Shown: positions 1-10,223 of the stretch, one piece after another
How positions within the stretch are numbered: the first letter of the stretch is position 1
Layout of the letters: every line of letters starts with the position of its first letter
From: Parcubacteria group bacterium GW2011_GWC2_48_17
GTDB lineage: Bacteria > Patescibacteriota > Minisyncoccia > Phycocordibacterales > UBA10002
Direction: 5' to 3'
Length of the DNA stretch: 64,000 nt
Assembly (NCBI GenBank): GCA_001003605.1
Contig: LCPL01000001.1
Location: forward strand, 7,976 to 71,975
The notes under the pieces: model-generated
Told to the model about the DNA's origin: nothing
Database searches by the model: none
What the model saw: only the letters and a program-made list of their open reading frames with translations
Program-made: the position numbers and the translations under genes

Positions 1-355
1 AAGAGTCCTTAACTAAATGAACCTGCCTTTCCTCATCTTCGTCCAGCCATTCATCAATAGCCACCATGTCTTTGAAATTTCTAGTGAGACGGTCTACTTT
101 CTCGAGGATGATTACCTTAATATTATGTTTCTCCACATAGTCCAGCATTTCAGTGAATTTCTTCCTCTGAGACTTTCCGCTCGCCGATTCAGAAATTGAG
201 AAAACATCACTCTTGGTAATAAGGAATCGTCTCTTGGGGTCCTCCGCATACTCCTTCAGGAATCTTCCTTGCGAAGGCAGAGAATATCCAGTTTCTTCCT
301 GGTCTTTTGAACTCACCCGCGCAAGTATTACGGCTTTGATTTTATTTTCGTTCAT
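1..355 (-). CDS. Serine recombinase (resolvase/invertase family). Only the N-terminal catalytic part is present; the 3' end runs off the window start.
   Basis: Reverse-complement translation from ATG at 353-355 gives MNENKIKAVILARVSSKDQEETGYSLPSQ.... This is the resolvase catalytic-serine motif (A/Y)RVSSxxQ..G.SLxxQ. There is no stop before the window edge. Confidence 0.6.
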   Translation of the reverse strand, partial: MNENKIKAVILARVSSKDQEETGYSLPSQGRFLKEYAEDPKRRFLITKSDVFSISESASGKSQRKKFTEMLDYVEKHNIKVIILEKVDRLTRNFKDMVAIDEWLDEDEERQVHLVKDS

Positions 356-393
356 ATTTTTATTTCTTAATTATAACTCATAACATCTATCTT

Positions 394-2985
394 TCAGAAA
401 GTCTCTGGATTCCAGAAATCATCTACTCTGTCGACTCCTTTGTCTGCTTTGGAACCCAAGAGCAAGGGCATGGGAGGATCCTTCTGTTTTGGTGCTGTCC
501 CTACGCTTGGGGACGGTACAACAGAGTCAACAGAGACAGTCTTTTTCCCGCCCTTTCTGATGTAGATCCTTTTTTGTTTTTGGGCCTCCCCGCGTTTAAT
601 GTGCATCCCCGTAACCGCGAGGTTAGTTTTTAATTCGTTTATTTTCTTCCCGAGTGCATTTGCCGTCTTTGGAAAATCAGGCTCCCGCTCAGGCTTGATG
701 TGTAGACCCTCTGCTACTTCAATAAGTGCATTCCGCAATTCTGTGGGCGTTCCTTCCCAATCTTCTCTGCCATCCATAAAGGTACGGAGGAGGACCGCTG
801 TTAGATTTTCAGCTAAGACCTCATCGTTCTGACTCGCGATGTTACTTCCATAGGCACTCAGAAACTCTTCCTTGGTGTATCCGAGTGCCTCCGCAATAGC
901 AGCGCCCCATCGCGTGAAGTCAGCCATTCGAGGCAGAGACGCTAATTCAATTGCAGGCTCTATCTGCATCGCCTTTTGCAGTACAGTGAAGATGCCCCCC
1001 AGTATGCTAGGCTGGTCCTTCTCGAATTCAGCGAGCAGGGCTTTCTCAGATTTTCTGTCTTCCTCACTGATTCGCTCCAATTCAAGCAGGATGCCTCGTT
1101 CCAGAATATCAGGTCTCGTCGCCACCTGATTGATACCGTTTAGGATTAGGACACGGCGGAAAGCGTATATGATGTCGTCATCATCAGTAAAGAGTTCACG
1201 CTTCGAGAAGCCATCCCCCGTAACCGCTTTACAAAGCGCATCGGAATCTCGGCCAGAAATACGAGATATATTGTCAAATACAATGCACCAGTGGTGGTCG
1301 AATATCTGAACCAACTCATTTTGGTCTCTCGGAAATCCTATCGTTTCGACTTCGGAGGGGTCTCCAATCTTCTTTAATAATCGGCAAAAGAATGTCTTCG
1401 ATGCTCCTTGAGCTCCATAAACAATCAGAATAGGATGAGGAATATTTGGAATAAAAGACGCGACTAACCACACCAGCAACAGAAGCCGATGCTTTCTATC
1501 AGCAACATTTAGATATTTGAGTAGAAGGGTTATATCTCCATCTTGAACGGGTTGACATTGCGCCTTTTGGTGGGAATAACGTCGAAAAAGAATAGGCGGA
1601 TTTGCGACAATCTCCCAGCTCGCCTTTGTAATTTTTACTGCACGCCATTCCGTGTCGGCGAGGTCATACCATATCGCGCCCTCGTGTTCCGTCAGTCGAT
1701 TCCACAGTTTGATTAAGGGACCGTCAAAATATGCCTTTCCTTCAAGGACCGTCAAGGCAGTTTTGAGAGCTTCGGTGTTCGGTGCTTTATGTCGAAGTTG
1801 CCAAAAGCGTCGGGCCAACCACCGCCGACACATTTTTGAACGACACGACCATACTTCCCGATGCGACCCCACAGTGAGCTGAAGGAAAGGATATTTATAC
1901 TGATTGTGGAAGAGGACAACTTTAGTCTCAGGGTCTTCAAGCACCATACGCACGATTACGTCGCTTTGAGATTCATGCGGTACTGCGACCTTCGTACCTT
2001 CTTCCGACTGTTTGCTTCCATATCCCTTATTTGCCAACTCTCTCGCAGCGCTTTTGAAGTCAGCCTTATGATTCAAGATGGCATACGCCGAGAACTTGGT
2101 ATAGCTTCTATCTGGCTCAAAGGGTGTACTCGATGAAAAGACATGAAGCAGACCGTTGCCATTGTAGTTTTCGGTCGCCGATATTCCGCCTTCTATCTTG
2201 CCAGGCCGCTTCCAGTATCTTTTCTCCCCGCATTGCCGTTCAATCTTCCAGCCAAGAGGTGCCAGTATCTCTTCCCAAGTGGCCCTAGTGTTGTAGTCAT
2301 CTCCAGGCCGATTAGAGTCAGGAAGTTGCGGCTTAGGATTGAATATCTTTTGTTCCTCTACTATCTCGTTAAGTACACGGGCAGTGTCCCAGAGTGATTT
2401 TCGTTGTTCTGGAGTAATTTCAGGTATATGCTCGAGGGACCCATTCAAGTGCTCATAGCCCTCTGTAGGCGGCTCTACAATGAATCCTCCTTCACCTCTC
2501 GTTTCTATGACTGCTTTTTTCTCCCCGCTTTCATCGAGACATCTCGCTAACGGGGTATTTCTCCCAATCTCCTTACTTCGATAGAGAAGGTGATATCCGT
2601 TGTTGATAGTTTTGGATAGAGGGAGGGTTTTTAAAAGCTCTAGGGCTTCCGCTGGCAGCAGTGATTTCCACGCTTCAAAAAACCCTTTCCTGACTTTCTC
2701 GTCAAAGTCTATGACCTCAAGATTCCCACTCACTCTTCCGCAGACAATTCCCCAACGCTTCTTGTTGGTCCAACTTGAGATCTCCGACTCATTAGGTAGT
2801 CGGCTTTGGTATTGCTTCCACCCATCACCATGATGCTTTTCACCGTCTACTAGCGGGAGCAAGCAGAGCCCGCAGGAGTTGATTAACTTCCGAACATACT
2901 GAATTATTTTAGGTTGTTCATCCATGACTTTCTCTATATTTAATTTTCGCGAGTAAGTCGAAGTACCTGACGAGTGTATTCGCAA
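394..2985 (-). CDS. Phage/plasmid primase-helicase. It has a Prim-Pol-like N-terminal region and a D5/P4-type P-loop NTPase C-terminal domain. An alternative start lies at Met21 (~2925).
   Basis: 863-aa ORF. Walker A motif GAQGASKT. Overall architecture matches P4-alpha/D5-type replicative primase-helicases. It sits next to a serine recombinase. Confidence 0.6.
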   Translation of the reverse strand: MRIHSSGTSTYSRKLNIEKVMDEQPKIIQYVRKLINSCGLCLLPLVDGEKHHGDGWKQYQSRLPNESEISSWTNKKRWGIVCGRVSGNLEVIDFDEKVRKGFFEAWKSLLPAEALELLKTLPLSKTINNGYHLLYRSKEIGRNTPLARCLDESGEKKAVIETRGEGGFIVEPPTEGYEHLNGSLEHIPEITPEQRKSLWDTARVLNEIVEEQKIFNPKPQLPDSNRPGDDYNTRATWEEILAPLGWKIERQCGEKRYWKRPGKIEGGISATENYNGNGLLHVFSSSTPFEPDRSYTKFSAYAILNHKADFKSAARELANKGYGSKQSEEGTKVAVPHESQSDVIVRMVLEDPETKVVLFHNQYKYPFLQLTVGSHREVWSCRSKMCRRWLARRFWQLRHKAPNTEALKTALTVLEGKAYFDGPLIKLWNRLTEHEGAIWYDLADTEWRAVKITKASWEIVANPPILFRRYSHQKAQCQPVQDGDITLLLKYLNVADRKHRLLLLVWLVASFIPNIPHPILIVYGAQGASKTFFCRLLKKIGDPSEVETIGFPRDQNELVQIFDHHWCIVFDNISRISGRDSDALCKAVTGDGFSKRELFTDDDDIIYAFRRVLILNGINQVATRPDILERGILLELERISEEDRKSEKALLAEFEKDQPSILGGIFTVLQKAMQIEPAIELASLPRMADFTRWGAAIAEALGYTKEEFLSAYGSNIASQNDEVLAENLTAVLLRTFMDGREDWEGTPTELRNALIEVAEGLHIKPEREPDFPKTANALGKKINELKTNLAVTGMHIKRGEAQKQKRIYIRKGGKKTVSVDSVVPSPSVGTAPKQKDPPMPLLLGSKADKGVDRVDDFWNPETF

Positions 2986-3323
2986 TCTCGGCGGCTTGGT
3001 CGTACGTCAGTTCACGCCCATAGTCCGTGGCGATAATCTGTCGTAGCTCTTCGATTTTCGTCGCGCTTAACATAAATACTTCCGTGCGCGTTACTCCTTA
3101 TTTTTCTAAGCGACTGCTCGACTGCAGCCGTGGAGTTCATTTGGCTTCAACAAATTTTGGAAATCAATACCCCATAGAAAATAACAGAACGGCCATGTTG
3201 AGCCGTTCTGTCTCTACCTTCTTATGAAGTTCGATTTACAATTCTGGAAAAGAAATACAGATACCTATATTTAGAGCCATCAAAGAAATCCAGAATTGAG
3301 AGATTCTGGAAAATTTGACTATC

Positions 3324-4010
3324 CTACATTTTCATTCTGTAACCCCTTCCTCGAATGCTCTCGATTATTTCAGGGTGATTTGCTGGCCCCATAGCTATCT
3401 CCAGTTTCTTCCGCACTTCGTTCACAGCTGATCTAACGGCATCCTTTTGAGTTTCAGTAATGGTTCTATGTTCTCCATGGTGCAATATCGCTGTTCGTCC
3501 GAGGCGGTGTATGTTCTCTATGGAAGCGTGAAGTTCTTCGAAAGATACGACCTCCCCCCACTCTCTTAAAAGCCGACGAAGTATAGCCAGTTCGTTTCCT
3601 CCAGCAGGAGTAGCGGTGTTTTTTTCGCAGTAGGTTAGGACAGTGCTGTTGTTCTCGCCTCGTCCTTCACCGAATAGACTTCTTGGTCCGCCGAGATATT
3701 CTACAAAATACTTTCTAAGTAACGCTGTTGTATATCCACGGATCTCAACATGGCCGTCATTTGTCTCCCATGTCAGTTCTGTGGGTGGTATATCATTGCC
3801 CCCAACTAATGTCCCTCTTATTTCCCTAAGCATGCGAATAGCATGCTGTTCAGGGGTTTGATGCGCATCAAAAGTCGGGTTTGTATTGGCCGTGATAATA
3901 GATAAGTCAAAGTCTATAGGAGCATGATATCCGTCAATCTCACGAACTCTCTTCTCGATAAGTTTTCGAGTGAACCACTTTAATTGTTCTTGGAGTATTT
4001 CGCTTACCAT
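3324..4010 (-). CDS. DNA-binding protein with a C-terminal OmpR/PhoB-type winged-helix domain
   Basis: C-terminal ...VSFEELHASI...VRSAVNEVRKKLE...IESIRGRGYRM matches the trans_reg_C pattern (RxLRxKLE...I.TVRGVGYRL). N-terminal domain not recognised. Confidence 0.4.
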   Translation of the reverse strand: MVSEILQEQLKWFTRKLIEKRVREIDGYHAPIDFDLSIITANTNPTFDAHQTPEQHAIRMLREIRGTLVGGNDIPPTELTWETNDGHVEIRGYTTALLRKYFVEYLGGPRSLFGEGRGENNSTVLTYCEKNTATPAGGNELAILRRLLREWGEVVSFEELHASIENIHRLGRTAILHHGEHRTITETQKDAVRSAVNEVRKKLEIAMGPANHPEIIESIRGRGYRMKM

Positions 4011-4042
4011 GCTTCATTCATTTAAGGTGCCGCGTTCTAATA

Positions 4043-6073
4043 CTAAGAACTAGAGATAATCTGCATCAGCCACTCTATAGATGCCTCTCCCTGCTTTTTC
4101 TCGACACGGTTCATCTCTCGGCCGTGCACGAGGGCGTTTCGATATTCCTTTATGTTAAGGAAATGTTTTTGCACCTCGCCTGTAGAGCCGAAGTCCTCCT
4201 CGAATATCTCCCAGTTCTTTCCGATGATGCCGTTGTAGTCCATGATGTCACAGAAGCCGAGCCGATCAATATTCGTTAATACGCTCTCTTTCTCGTATGG
4301 ATGTCGCTTCATTCTCTCCTCTATTTTTTTCGCGACTCGATCTTGAATGTCTGAAGGTACATGTGTCCAGTAATCTGGACCGAAATCCAACGCTAGCTTG
4401 TCGTTGAGATACATACGAGTCAGTTTTTCGAGCTCGTCCACCACTTTCGTTGGTGCATCTTGCATCTTTGTTTCTAAAGCCGCATGGTCTCCTATGACAC
4501 GTTCAATATGACTGAAAATCAAATTGGCACGGTCTTGAATAAAACGATCATAATCATCGGTCCAGATTGCCGCGTCCTCCTCTGAGGGAATAAGGTGCGA
4601 CTGCATAATTTCCTGAAATACAGGGTTGCCTGCTCTATACTCACTCAAATAGTCCGAGGGACCGCGCTTGCTTATCTCCCGATTCAATTCTCCAGGTATG
4701 AACGCGAAATTCATCAGCAAGTGCCGATGCTTGACCTCCTTGCTTCGTAAAAACGCTTTCGGAAATATGTGATGCTTTTCACTATGGTTGTAGTCGGAGC
4801 ACAATTGATCATCTAAGGTGATGGGTGTACCTGTCCTAAAATGACGTGGCTGTTGCAACGAGAGCAAACACAAAATCGCGCTCTTAACCGCCGAACGTGT
4901 ATAGTTCATCAAACGGGCAATATCTGTCGCCTGTATGTTAATAGGAAAGTTCATTTGGGGAGGGCTACTGTGCATTGCTGGGGTAAAATAATCCACCGCA
5001 TCAAGACCCATCACAGTCGGAGTGGAAGCACCATATCGTTCCGAAAAAGCGGAGCGCCAAAACCAATCTTGAATGAATTTCGCCTGTGTTACATTTAAAG
5101 ACCGAGAAGGTACTTTAGCGTACATATAAGCCACCAGAGCGATCATGGAAGGGTACGGAATGAAGTCATAGATGCGAACCCCGAGGTGGCTCCGCAGAAA
5201 ATCAATCGCAGCGCGGATAGCATCACTCACCTCCTGCCAGTGCTGTTTTATTTCCTGATTAGTCAGTTGTATTTGGTACGACTTGGTGCAACCGTTTTTT
5301 ACTACCAATGCCAAAGCTTGTGCCACTACTTCTTCGGCAATCCTGCCGAAGCCCGATTCCTCCAGAGTGGAATTGAGTTCCTTTGTCTTTTCTTTCAGGT
5401 CGAAGTCCTCACTCCACGTATTTGCGACTACTAAATCAAACAGGCCGAGCCGCTTCCCTCCTTGATTGATTCGTTCAAAAATCGTAATCGCATCGTCCAA
5501 GTGCTTGCCCTTTACCTCAACGATGGACATCGGATAGTTATTAAGCGCAGTCTTGCACTTCTTAAACACCCGCCGTTTCTCGGGAGTCAGCGAGTCATAT
5601 ATCTCATCTTCGCCTTCTTGGGCGAAAAAGCGCCAGAGCGAAATTGTCTTCTGTTTGTCCTCCTTTCGCTTCACGCTCTCGAATTTTTCAGTTTCCAAAT
5701 CGAAGCAGATCTTACGGTAGTCTTTGTCCCTTCCATTTTTTGAAGGTAGGGAAAGTCCCTTTGCGGTTACATAAAGAGAGGTGATTCTCTGTTGCCCATC
5801 CAGTATCATTTTTATCTGGTCATAGTTCTCGGGAGTGGGTAATTTCAGTTCTGGTATATCGCGGTAGTGGTCCCGATATTCCTGCGGGGTAATCCAGTAG
5901 AAGAAGCTTCCTATAGGGAACCCTTTATAGATGCTGTCGAAGAGCTTGGCAACCCGCGTCGCCTCCCAAACATAATCACGCTGAAAACGCGGGATTCGCA
6001 ATACGCCTCGTCCCATTTCTGACATAACATCATTTAATGTGCGCGGACGCACCTCTATGGGAGACTCATCCAT
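4043..6073 (-). CDS. GmrSD-like DUF262/DUF1524 nuclease, a putative type IV (modification-dependent) restriction enzyme. It carries an extra ~170-aa C-terminal region.
   Basis: N-terminal IPRFQRDYVWE and DGQQRITSL are the DUF262 (ParB-like) signatures. The middle HSEKHHIFPKAFL is a DUF1524 His-Me-finger-like motif. The C-terminal tail contains RNALVHG, an Rx4HG-like motif. Confidence 0.65.
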   Translation of the reverse strand: MDESPIEVRPRTLNDVMSEMGRGVLRIPRFQRDYVWEATRVAKLFDSIYKGFPIGSFFYWITPQEYRDHYRDIPELKLPTPENYDQIKMILDGQQRITSLYVTAKGLSLPSKNGRDKDYRKICFDLETEKFESVKRKEDKQKTISLWRFFAQEGEDEIYDSLTPEKRRVFKKCKTALNNYPMSIVEVKGKHLDDAITIFERINQGGKRLGLFDLVVANTWSEDFDLKEKTKELNSTLEESGFGRIAEEVVAQALALVVKNGCTKSYQIQLTNQEIKQHWQEVSDAIRAAIDFLRSHLGVRIYDFIPYPSMIALVAYMYAKVPSRSLNVTQAKFIQDWFWRSAFSERYGASTPTVMGLDAVDYFTPAMHSSPPQMNFPINIQATDIARLMNYTRSAVKSAILCLLSLQQPRHFRTGTPITLDDQLCSDYNHSEKHHIFPKAFLRSKEVKHRHLLMNFAFIPGELNREISKRGPSDYLSEYRAGNPVFQEIMQSHLIPSEEDAAIWTDDYDRFIQDRANLIFSHIERVIGDHAALETKMQDAPTKVVDELEKLTRMYLNDKLALDFGPDYWTHVPSDIQDRVAKKIEERMKRHPYEKESVLTNIDRLGFCDIMDYNGIIGKNWEIFEEDFGSTGEVQKHFLNIKEYRNALVHGREMNRVEKKQGEASIEWLMQIISSS

Positions 6074-6182
6074 ACACGAAATTTAAGCATAAAGCAGCAA
6101 CTTCTCCAACACCGACGAGCGGGACAACAAAAACGGCAGGGACCACATTGGATCCCCGCCGTTTTGTGCTGCCGATATTCAG

Positions 6183-6911
6183 TTATCGTCCTACCATCGC
6201 GAGCATTCCCTTAATCGCCTCGCTACAGTCACTCCTACTCAAGGACTCAATATTTGCCATGTACTGCTCCTTCTCTGCACCCTCGTCCAAGTTCTGCATG
6301 GCGAGGTCACGGAGGTATGAGATTTGCCTCTCGGAAGCAGGTACTGGTTCCATCTCTGCGCCCTCCTCTGATTCTTCGTTCCCCGAGCGTTCATAGGGGT
6401 AATGAGGGTCATCAGCAACGCTTGCTTCCTCGATTGCTGTATGCGACTGAATTGCGAATTCTGGCATAGATTCGAGGTCTTGAGTGAAGATGTCTGAAAG
6501 CCCCGTGGTGCGTATCACTGCATCAATGAATGAGGACTTTTGGGCCATCTTGATTGTCTTATTGATGTCCCCGCCATTTGATTTGGCGACTGCCGCTCCT
6601 CGCCCTTGTCCAACAATATTGTCTCCGCGTTTCAAGGTGCAGACATAGGCAACGACACCTTCTGTCTTCCCGAATGACTCCAAAGTCTCAGAATCCTTGT
6701 GGAAAATTGCCGTAAGTCCATAGACTGACAATAACTTTTCCGCACCGCCTTTCGAGAGGGAGCGTCTTCCTTTGATAACATAGAAGTCGGCGTTTACGGC
6801 CAGTATTGGCAGAACTCTTGAGATGAAGTAACTGCGGCGGTTGATAAGATCATCAACACCCGCTCGGAATTCTGTTATGCCGCCTGTGGCGGTTGCGATT
6901 TCGGTTGTCAT
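6183..6911 (-). CDS. Putative Rad52/Sak-family single-strand annealing protein (tentative)
   Basis: Segment ...GQGRGAAVAKSNGGDINKTIKMAQKSSFIDAVIRTTGL resembles the conserved Rad52-family core (..G.G....A.KsAeTdAlKRa...GlG). It sits in a block of mobile-element genes. Weak, motif-level only. Confidence 0.3.
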   Translation of the reverse strand: MTTEIATATGGITEFRAGVDDLINRRSYFISRVLPILAVNADFYVIKGRRSLSKGGAEKLLSVYGLTAIFHKDSETLESFGKTEGVVAYVCTLKRGDNIVGQGRGAAVAKSNGGDINKTIKMAQKSSFIDAVIRTTGLSDIFTQDLESMPEFAIQSHTAIEEASVADDPHYPYERSGNEESEEGAEMEPVPASERQISYLRDLAMQNLDEGAEKEQYMANIESLSRSDCSEAIKGMLAMVGR

Positions 6912-6933
6912 GATTAAGATATTAATTTGATAA

Positions 6934-7239
6934 TTACCTTCGGATTGTTTGACAAATTTGGTAAAGGTAAACCACTCTCGGCTTGCGTTTGGTCGTCTTC
7001 CTTCCGTTCTCCACTACGGGGACGAGCGTAACCCCCCGAAGAGCTTGTTCACCCAGAATAATTTTGCGGTTATGCAGGAACCACCATTGCAGGGTGTTCT
7101 TTACATCCGTTTCGGGATTAAACTCACGGGCGGTATCTTTACCGAAGCGCCAACGCACTTGCGCCCGTAGAAACCAAACAGCCGCCCTGTGTTGCGTGTA
7201 CGCTGACGCTGGAGGACCCAGCCATTTCGAGATGCTCAT
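6934..7239 (-). CDS. ArdC-N-like (DUF1738) ssDNA-binding domain protein, paralog 1
   Basis: Shares with its neighbour the pattern W...G..I.xGEqALR.VT........ + PR.VYL(Y/F)...Q. This is reminiscent of the ArdC N-terminal domain (W..lG..VkKGEkg..v...VFnvsQ). It is the tandem paralog of 7317..7640. Confidence 0.35.
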   Translation of the reverse strand: MSISKWLGPPASAYTQHRAAVWFLRAQVRWRFGKDTAREFNPETDVKNTLQWWFLHNRKIILGEQALRGVTLVPVVENGRKTTKRKPRVVYLYQICQTIRR

Positions 7240-7316
7240 GGGTTAATGACTTACGAATAATCACGACGCCGTTTTGATATCGGTAGCGTAAGACACTGTC
7301 ATCATTCTGATTTTTG

Positions 7317-7640
7317 TCATGGCTGGACGAACCTCGGACCATTGACTTGGAGGAAGTAAAAAAGATACACAGTTCTCGGTATCTTTTTAATCACTTCTCC
7401 TTTCTCATCTTTCATCTCGATATAAGTGACAGAGCGAAGAGCTTTTTCACCTGGCTTTATCCGATAGCCCATTGAACTCCACTTTGCAAAGGTGAAGCAG
7501 TTGGTATAAGGGTCATACTCCATTGCCGCTTTCTTTCCGAATCGCTCCACGATTTGCGCTCTGACGGACTCCCGTGTCGTAGGCGAGCCTGTGTAGGCCG
7601 ACACTGAAGCATCATTGATTACTTGGCTTATGCTGTTCAT
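7317..7640 (-). CDS. ArdC-N-like (DUF1738) ssDNA-binding domain protein, paralog 2
   Basis: FTFAKWSSMGYRIKPGEKALRSVTYIEMKDEKGEVIKKIPRTVYLFYFLQV matches the ArdC-N pattern. Paralogous to 6934..7239. Confidence 0.4.
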   Translation of the reverse strand: MNSISQVINDASVSAYTGSPTTRESVRAQIVERFGKKAAMEYDPYTNCFTFAKWSSMGYRIKPGEKALRSVTYIEMKDEKGEVIKKIPRTVYLFYFLQVNGPRFVQP

Positions 7641-8379
7641 AAATGTAAGGCATGTTTAATAACCGCGTCCGACTAAGTGCGGAAGAAGTTTGTTTTATTA
7701 AATTACTTCCTCACTAATTTAGTTTTATTTTAGGAGTGGGTATGGGAGTTGTCTTTCAAAAAGTACCGACTTGGATTGGGGTGGTGGGTATGGGGAGTGC
7801 GTACGGTTTTTCTTCGGTTTCAAAGATGAACCGCTCACAAAAAATTTCTAAAAAATCTAGAACTTCTTGCGTACTTCCCAAAATCAGAACAGAGGTATAT
7901 TATTCACTTGATAACTGAATATTCCGCCCGCAAGGGCATAGCCTAAACCGCTCGATTCATTTCAAAGCGGCACGGCTCCTAATCCCATGGAAGATTCTGA
8001 ACCCCACGTTCAGCGCTCTTCCATGGGTATATCTCCGAAAGGAGGTATGGAGCCGCAAGGCTCTGCTGGCGTGGGGCTCAGTGTTTATCCCTCTCCACGC
8101 CAGCCGTTATCGGCTGTTTTTTGTTTGAGTAGTTCATTGACGGCAGCAGGTTTCGAGAAGTAACGCAATGTTTCTGCAGGAATTTGCGTCCCACTCTCGT
8201 TGTGCGGAAGTGCTTCAAAAACACTTTTTATATGGTCGCCGTTTGCTGAGAAATCGGCAAAATCATCATAGGCACAAACAAAAAAACAAACACAGGTAGC
8301 CACTTTCTGGCTTCTACTTTTTAAAGGGGCGAATGCCCGCCTGCTGCCGTCAGTGAATTATTAAATTATTAAAAGATTT

Positions 8380-9198
8380 ATGAAAAACATAAATTGGAGA
8401 ATGATTTCAGTGCTTATCATCGGCATTTTTGTAGGCGCTCTTGTTACAGGCATGGTGCCCGTAAGTAGTGCGAGTTCAGGAGAAATAACTGTGTGCGTGA
8501 GAAAAGATGGGGCAATGCACATGATTGGAGAAAACTTCGCGCGCTCCAGCTGCAGGAAAGGCGAACAGTTAATCTCGTTTAATGCGCAGGGCCAGGTCGG
8601 CCAGCAAGGACCGCAAGGTGTCGCTGGTAAAGACGGCGCAACAATTCCTTGTGTTCACACAGAGGGCAATGATGTGTATTTTGATGGGTGCAACGTTCAT
8701 GTTCGTGATGGCAGTGGCGATACATTTGGTGCGACAAATGGACTCGGCAATCTCATTATCGGTTACAACGAAGATACAGGCGGTCCTCACGACCGAACAG
8801 GCTCTCATAACTTAGTCATTGGTCCTTATCACACTTTTAGCTCCTTTGGAGGAATTGTTGCTGGCCAATTCAATACCATAAGCGCAGGTAGTGCTTCTGT
8901 TTTAGGGGGAGTAGGCAATGTGGCGAACGGAGTCCAATCAGTCATTTCTGGAGGGAGCGGCAACATTTCTAAAGGAAATAGTTCATCTGTGAGTGGGGGT
9001 ACTTTCAACACTGCGAGCGGAGATAATTCATCCGTCAGCGGCGGCAAATACAATGAAACAAGCGGCAATGCTTCTTCAATAAGCGGCGGAGATCATAACA
9101 CCGCTACGGCCAACCAATCTTCGGTGAGCGGCGGGCGTGAGAGAACCGCAACGGGGTTTTTTAACTGGGCAGCTGGCGCGCTATTCCAGGCAAACTAA
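8380..9198 (+). CDS. Secreted or membrane-anchored glycine-rich repeat protein. It has a short collagen-like segment and about eight tandem ~11-aa repeats.
   Basis: N-terminal TM/signal ISVLIIGIFVGALVTGMVPVSSA. Collagen-like GQQGPQGVAGKDG. Repeats of the form S.VSGG..N.ASG.(N/S)SS(V/I)SGG run to the C-terminus, resembling a phage-fibre or beta-helix-type repeat. Confidence 0.5.
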   Translation: MKNINWRMISVLIIGIFVGALVTGMVPVSSASSGEITVCVRKDGAMHMIGENFARSSCRKGEQLISFNAQGQVGQQGPQGVAGKDGATIPCVHTEGNDVYFDGCNVHVRDGSGDTFGATNGLGNLIIGYNEDTGGPHDRTGSHNLVIGPYHTFSSFGGIVAGQFNTISAGSASVLGGVGNVANGVQSVISGGSGNISKGNSSSVSGGTFNTASGDNSSVSGGKYNETSGNASSISGGDHNTATANQSSVSGGRERTATGFFNWAAGALFQAN

Positions 9199-9247
9199 TT
9201 CACGATGCAACTATGAAAATGGTGCTTTACTCGTAGCGGCTTTTTGT

Positions 9248-10213
9248 ATGGAAACACTTTTATCTTTGTACGGCGTCGTAGGTTTGGTATACGGCATATA
9301 TAAAGTGACGCAGTGGGGGCACGGAATAAGTCCAGACCTTGGAGAGAATTCATCGCGAGTACTTTCTTGGTTCATGTTATTAGTATGGGTGCTTCCTCTT
9401 GCGATTATTCTCTGGCCTTTGATTCCTTTGTGGGAGCGTTGGGAGAGAGAGGAACCAGTAAGAATCTTGAAGGGCAAGATAATAGACGAATGGGTACAAA
9501 AAAGAACAGACGAACAGATTGGCGAATATCGGCAAAAGAAACAGAAGGAACAGCAAGGGATTGACGCTGAAGTAGAGAGGCGTTTCCGTGAATTTCGAGA
9601 TATGTTAACGAGCTTTGGAACTAGAGAAAGTAGAGGGAATCTCATGCGAGCAATAAGGGAAGACTCAACTGGATGGACCACTCGAAATAAAGAAAGAATA
9701 AGAAACGAAATTGAAGAAGAAAAGCTACACCTTCCAGGTTGGCAGAAACCAGACGAGCATATCGAGAACCTTGACCATCTTTTGATGCCAGCTTCACCGC
9801 AGGAACAAAAAAGAATTGACGCTGAAAAAAGGGTTGATACTTTGATTGACGCTTCCGAAAAGAAGGGTACTGGAAATAAGAAGACTGCGTTATTGCTACT
9901 CAACAATAATAGAGCTGCAGTTAATGAATATATTGAAGAAACGATTTTAAGTATAACAGGGCTAGGTACGGTAAACGGCAGTATGCTTAATGATAAATTT
10001 TTTAAATCTAAGGAAGCAATTGGTACGCTGCACGGCAGCATACTTGCCCGTGAATGTTTTAAAATTATAATCAAAAAGGAAAAAATAGAACTGGGAAATA
10101 ACATTGATGATCCACGAAATTATCCACCAGAGTACAGGGAGCTTTTGGATATAGTTAGGAGTTATGTTGCTATGTTTCTGAATATCTTGGAAATGAAAAA
10201 TAGAATAAAATAA
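9248..10213 (+). CDS. Hypothetical membrane protein with a charged coiled-coil-like C-terminal region
   Basis: The ORF-track start at 9137 overlaps the upstream gene, so Met at 9248 (METLLSLYGVV...) is preferred. Two TM segments are followed by a K/E/R-rich region. Confidence 0.4.
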   Translation: METLLSLYGVVGLVYGIYKVTQWGHGISPDLGENSSRVLSWFMLLVWVLPLAIILWPLIPLWERWEREEPVRILKGKIIDEWVQKRTDEQIGEYRQKKQKEQQGIDAEVERRFREFRDMLTSFGTRESRGNLMRAIREDSTGWTTRNKERIRNEIEEEKLHLPGWQKPDEHIENLDHLLMPASPQEQKRIDAEKRVDTLIDASEKKGTGNKKTALLLLNNNRAAVNEYIEETILSITGLGTVNGSMLNDKFFKSKEAIGTLHGSILARECFKIIIKKEKIELGNNIDDPRNYPPEYRELLDIVRSYVAMFLNILEMKNRIK

Positions 10214-10223
10214 TGCTAAAGAT

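Noticed and set aside
8137-8352. 12-nt inverted repeat tgacggcagcag / ctgctgccgtca flanking ORF 8085..8303
   Set aside because: A single 12-mer inverted repeat within 200 nt is near chance expectation for a 64-kb window. No supporting features.
9211-10104. 297-aa minus-strand ORF
   Set aside because: S/F/L-rich low-complexity translation. It is the antisense of the purine-rich coding strand of the better-supported + strand gene 9248..10213.
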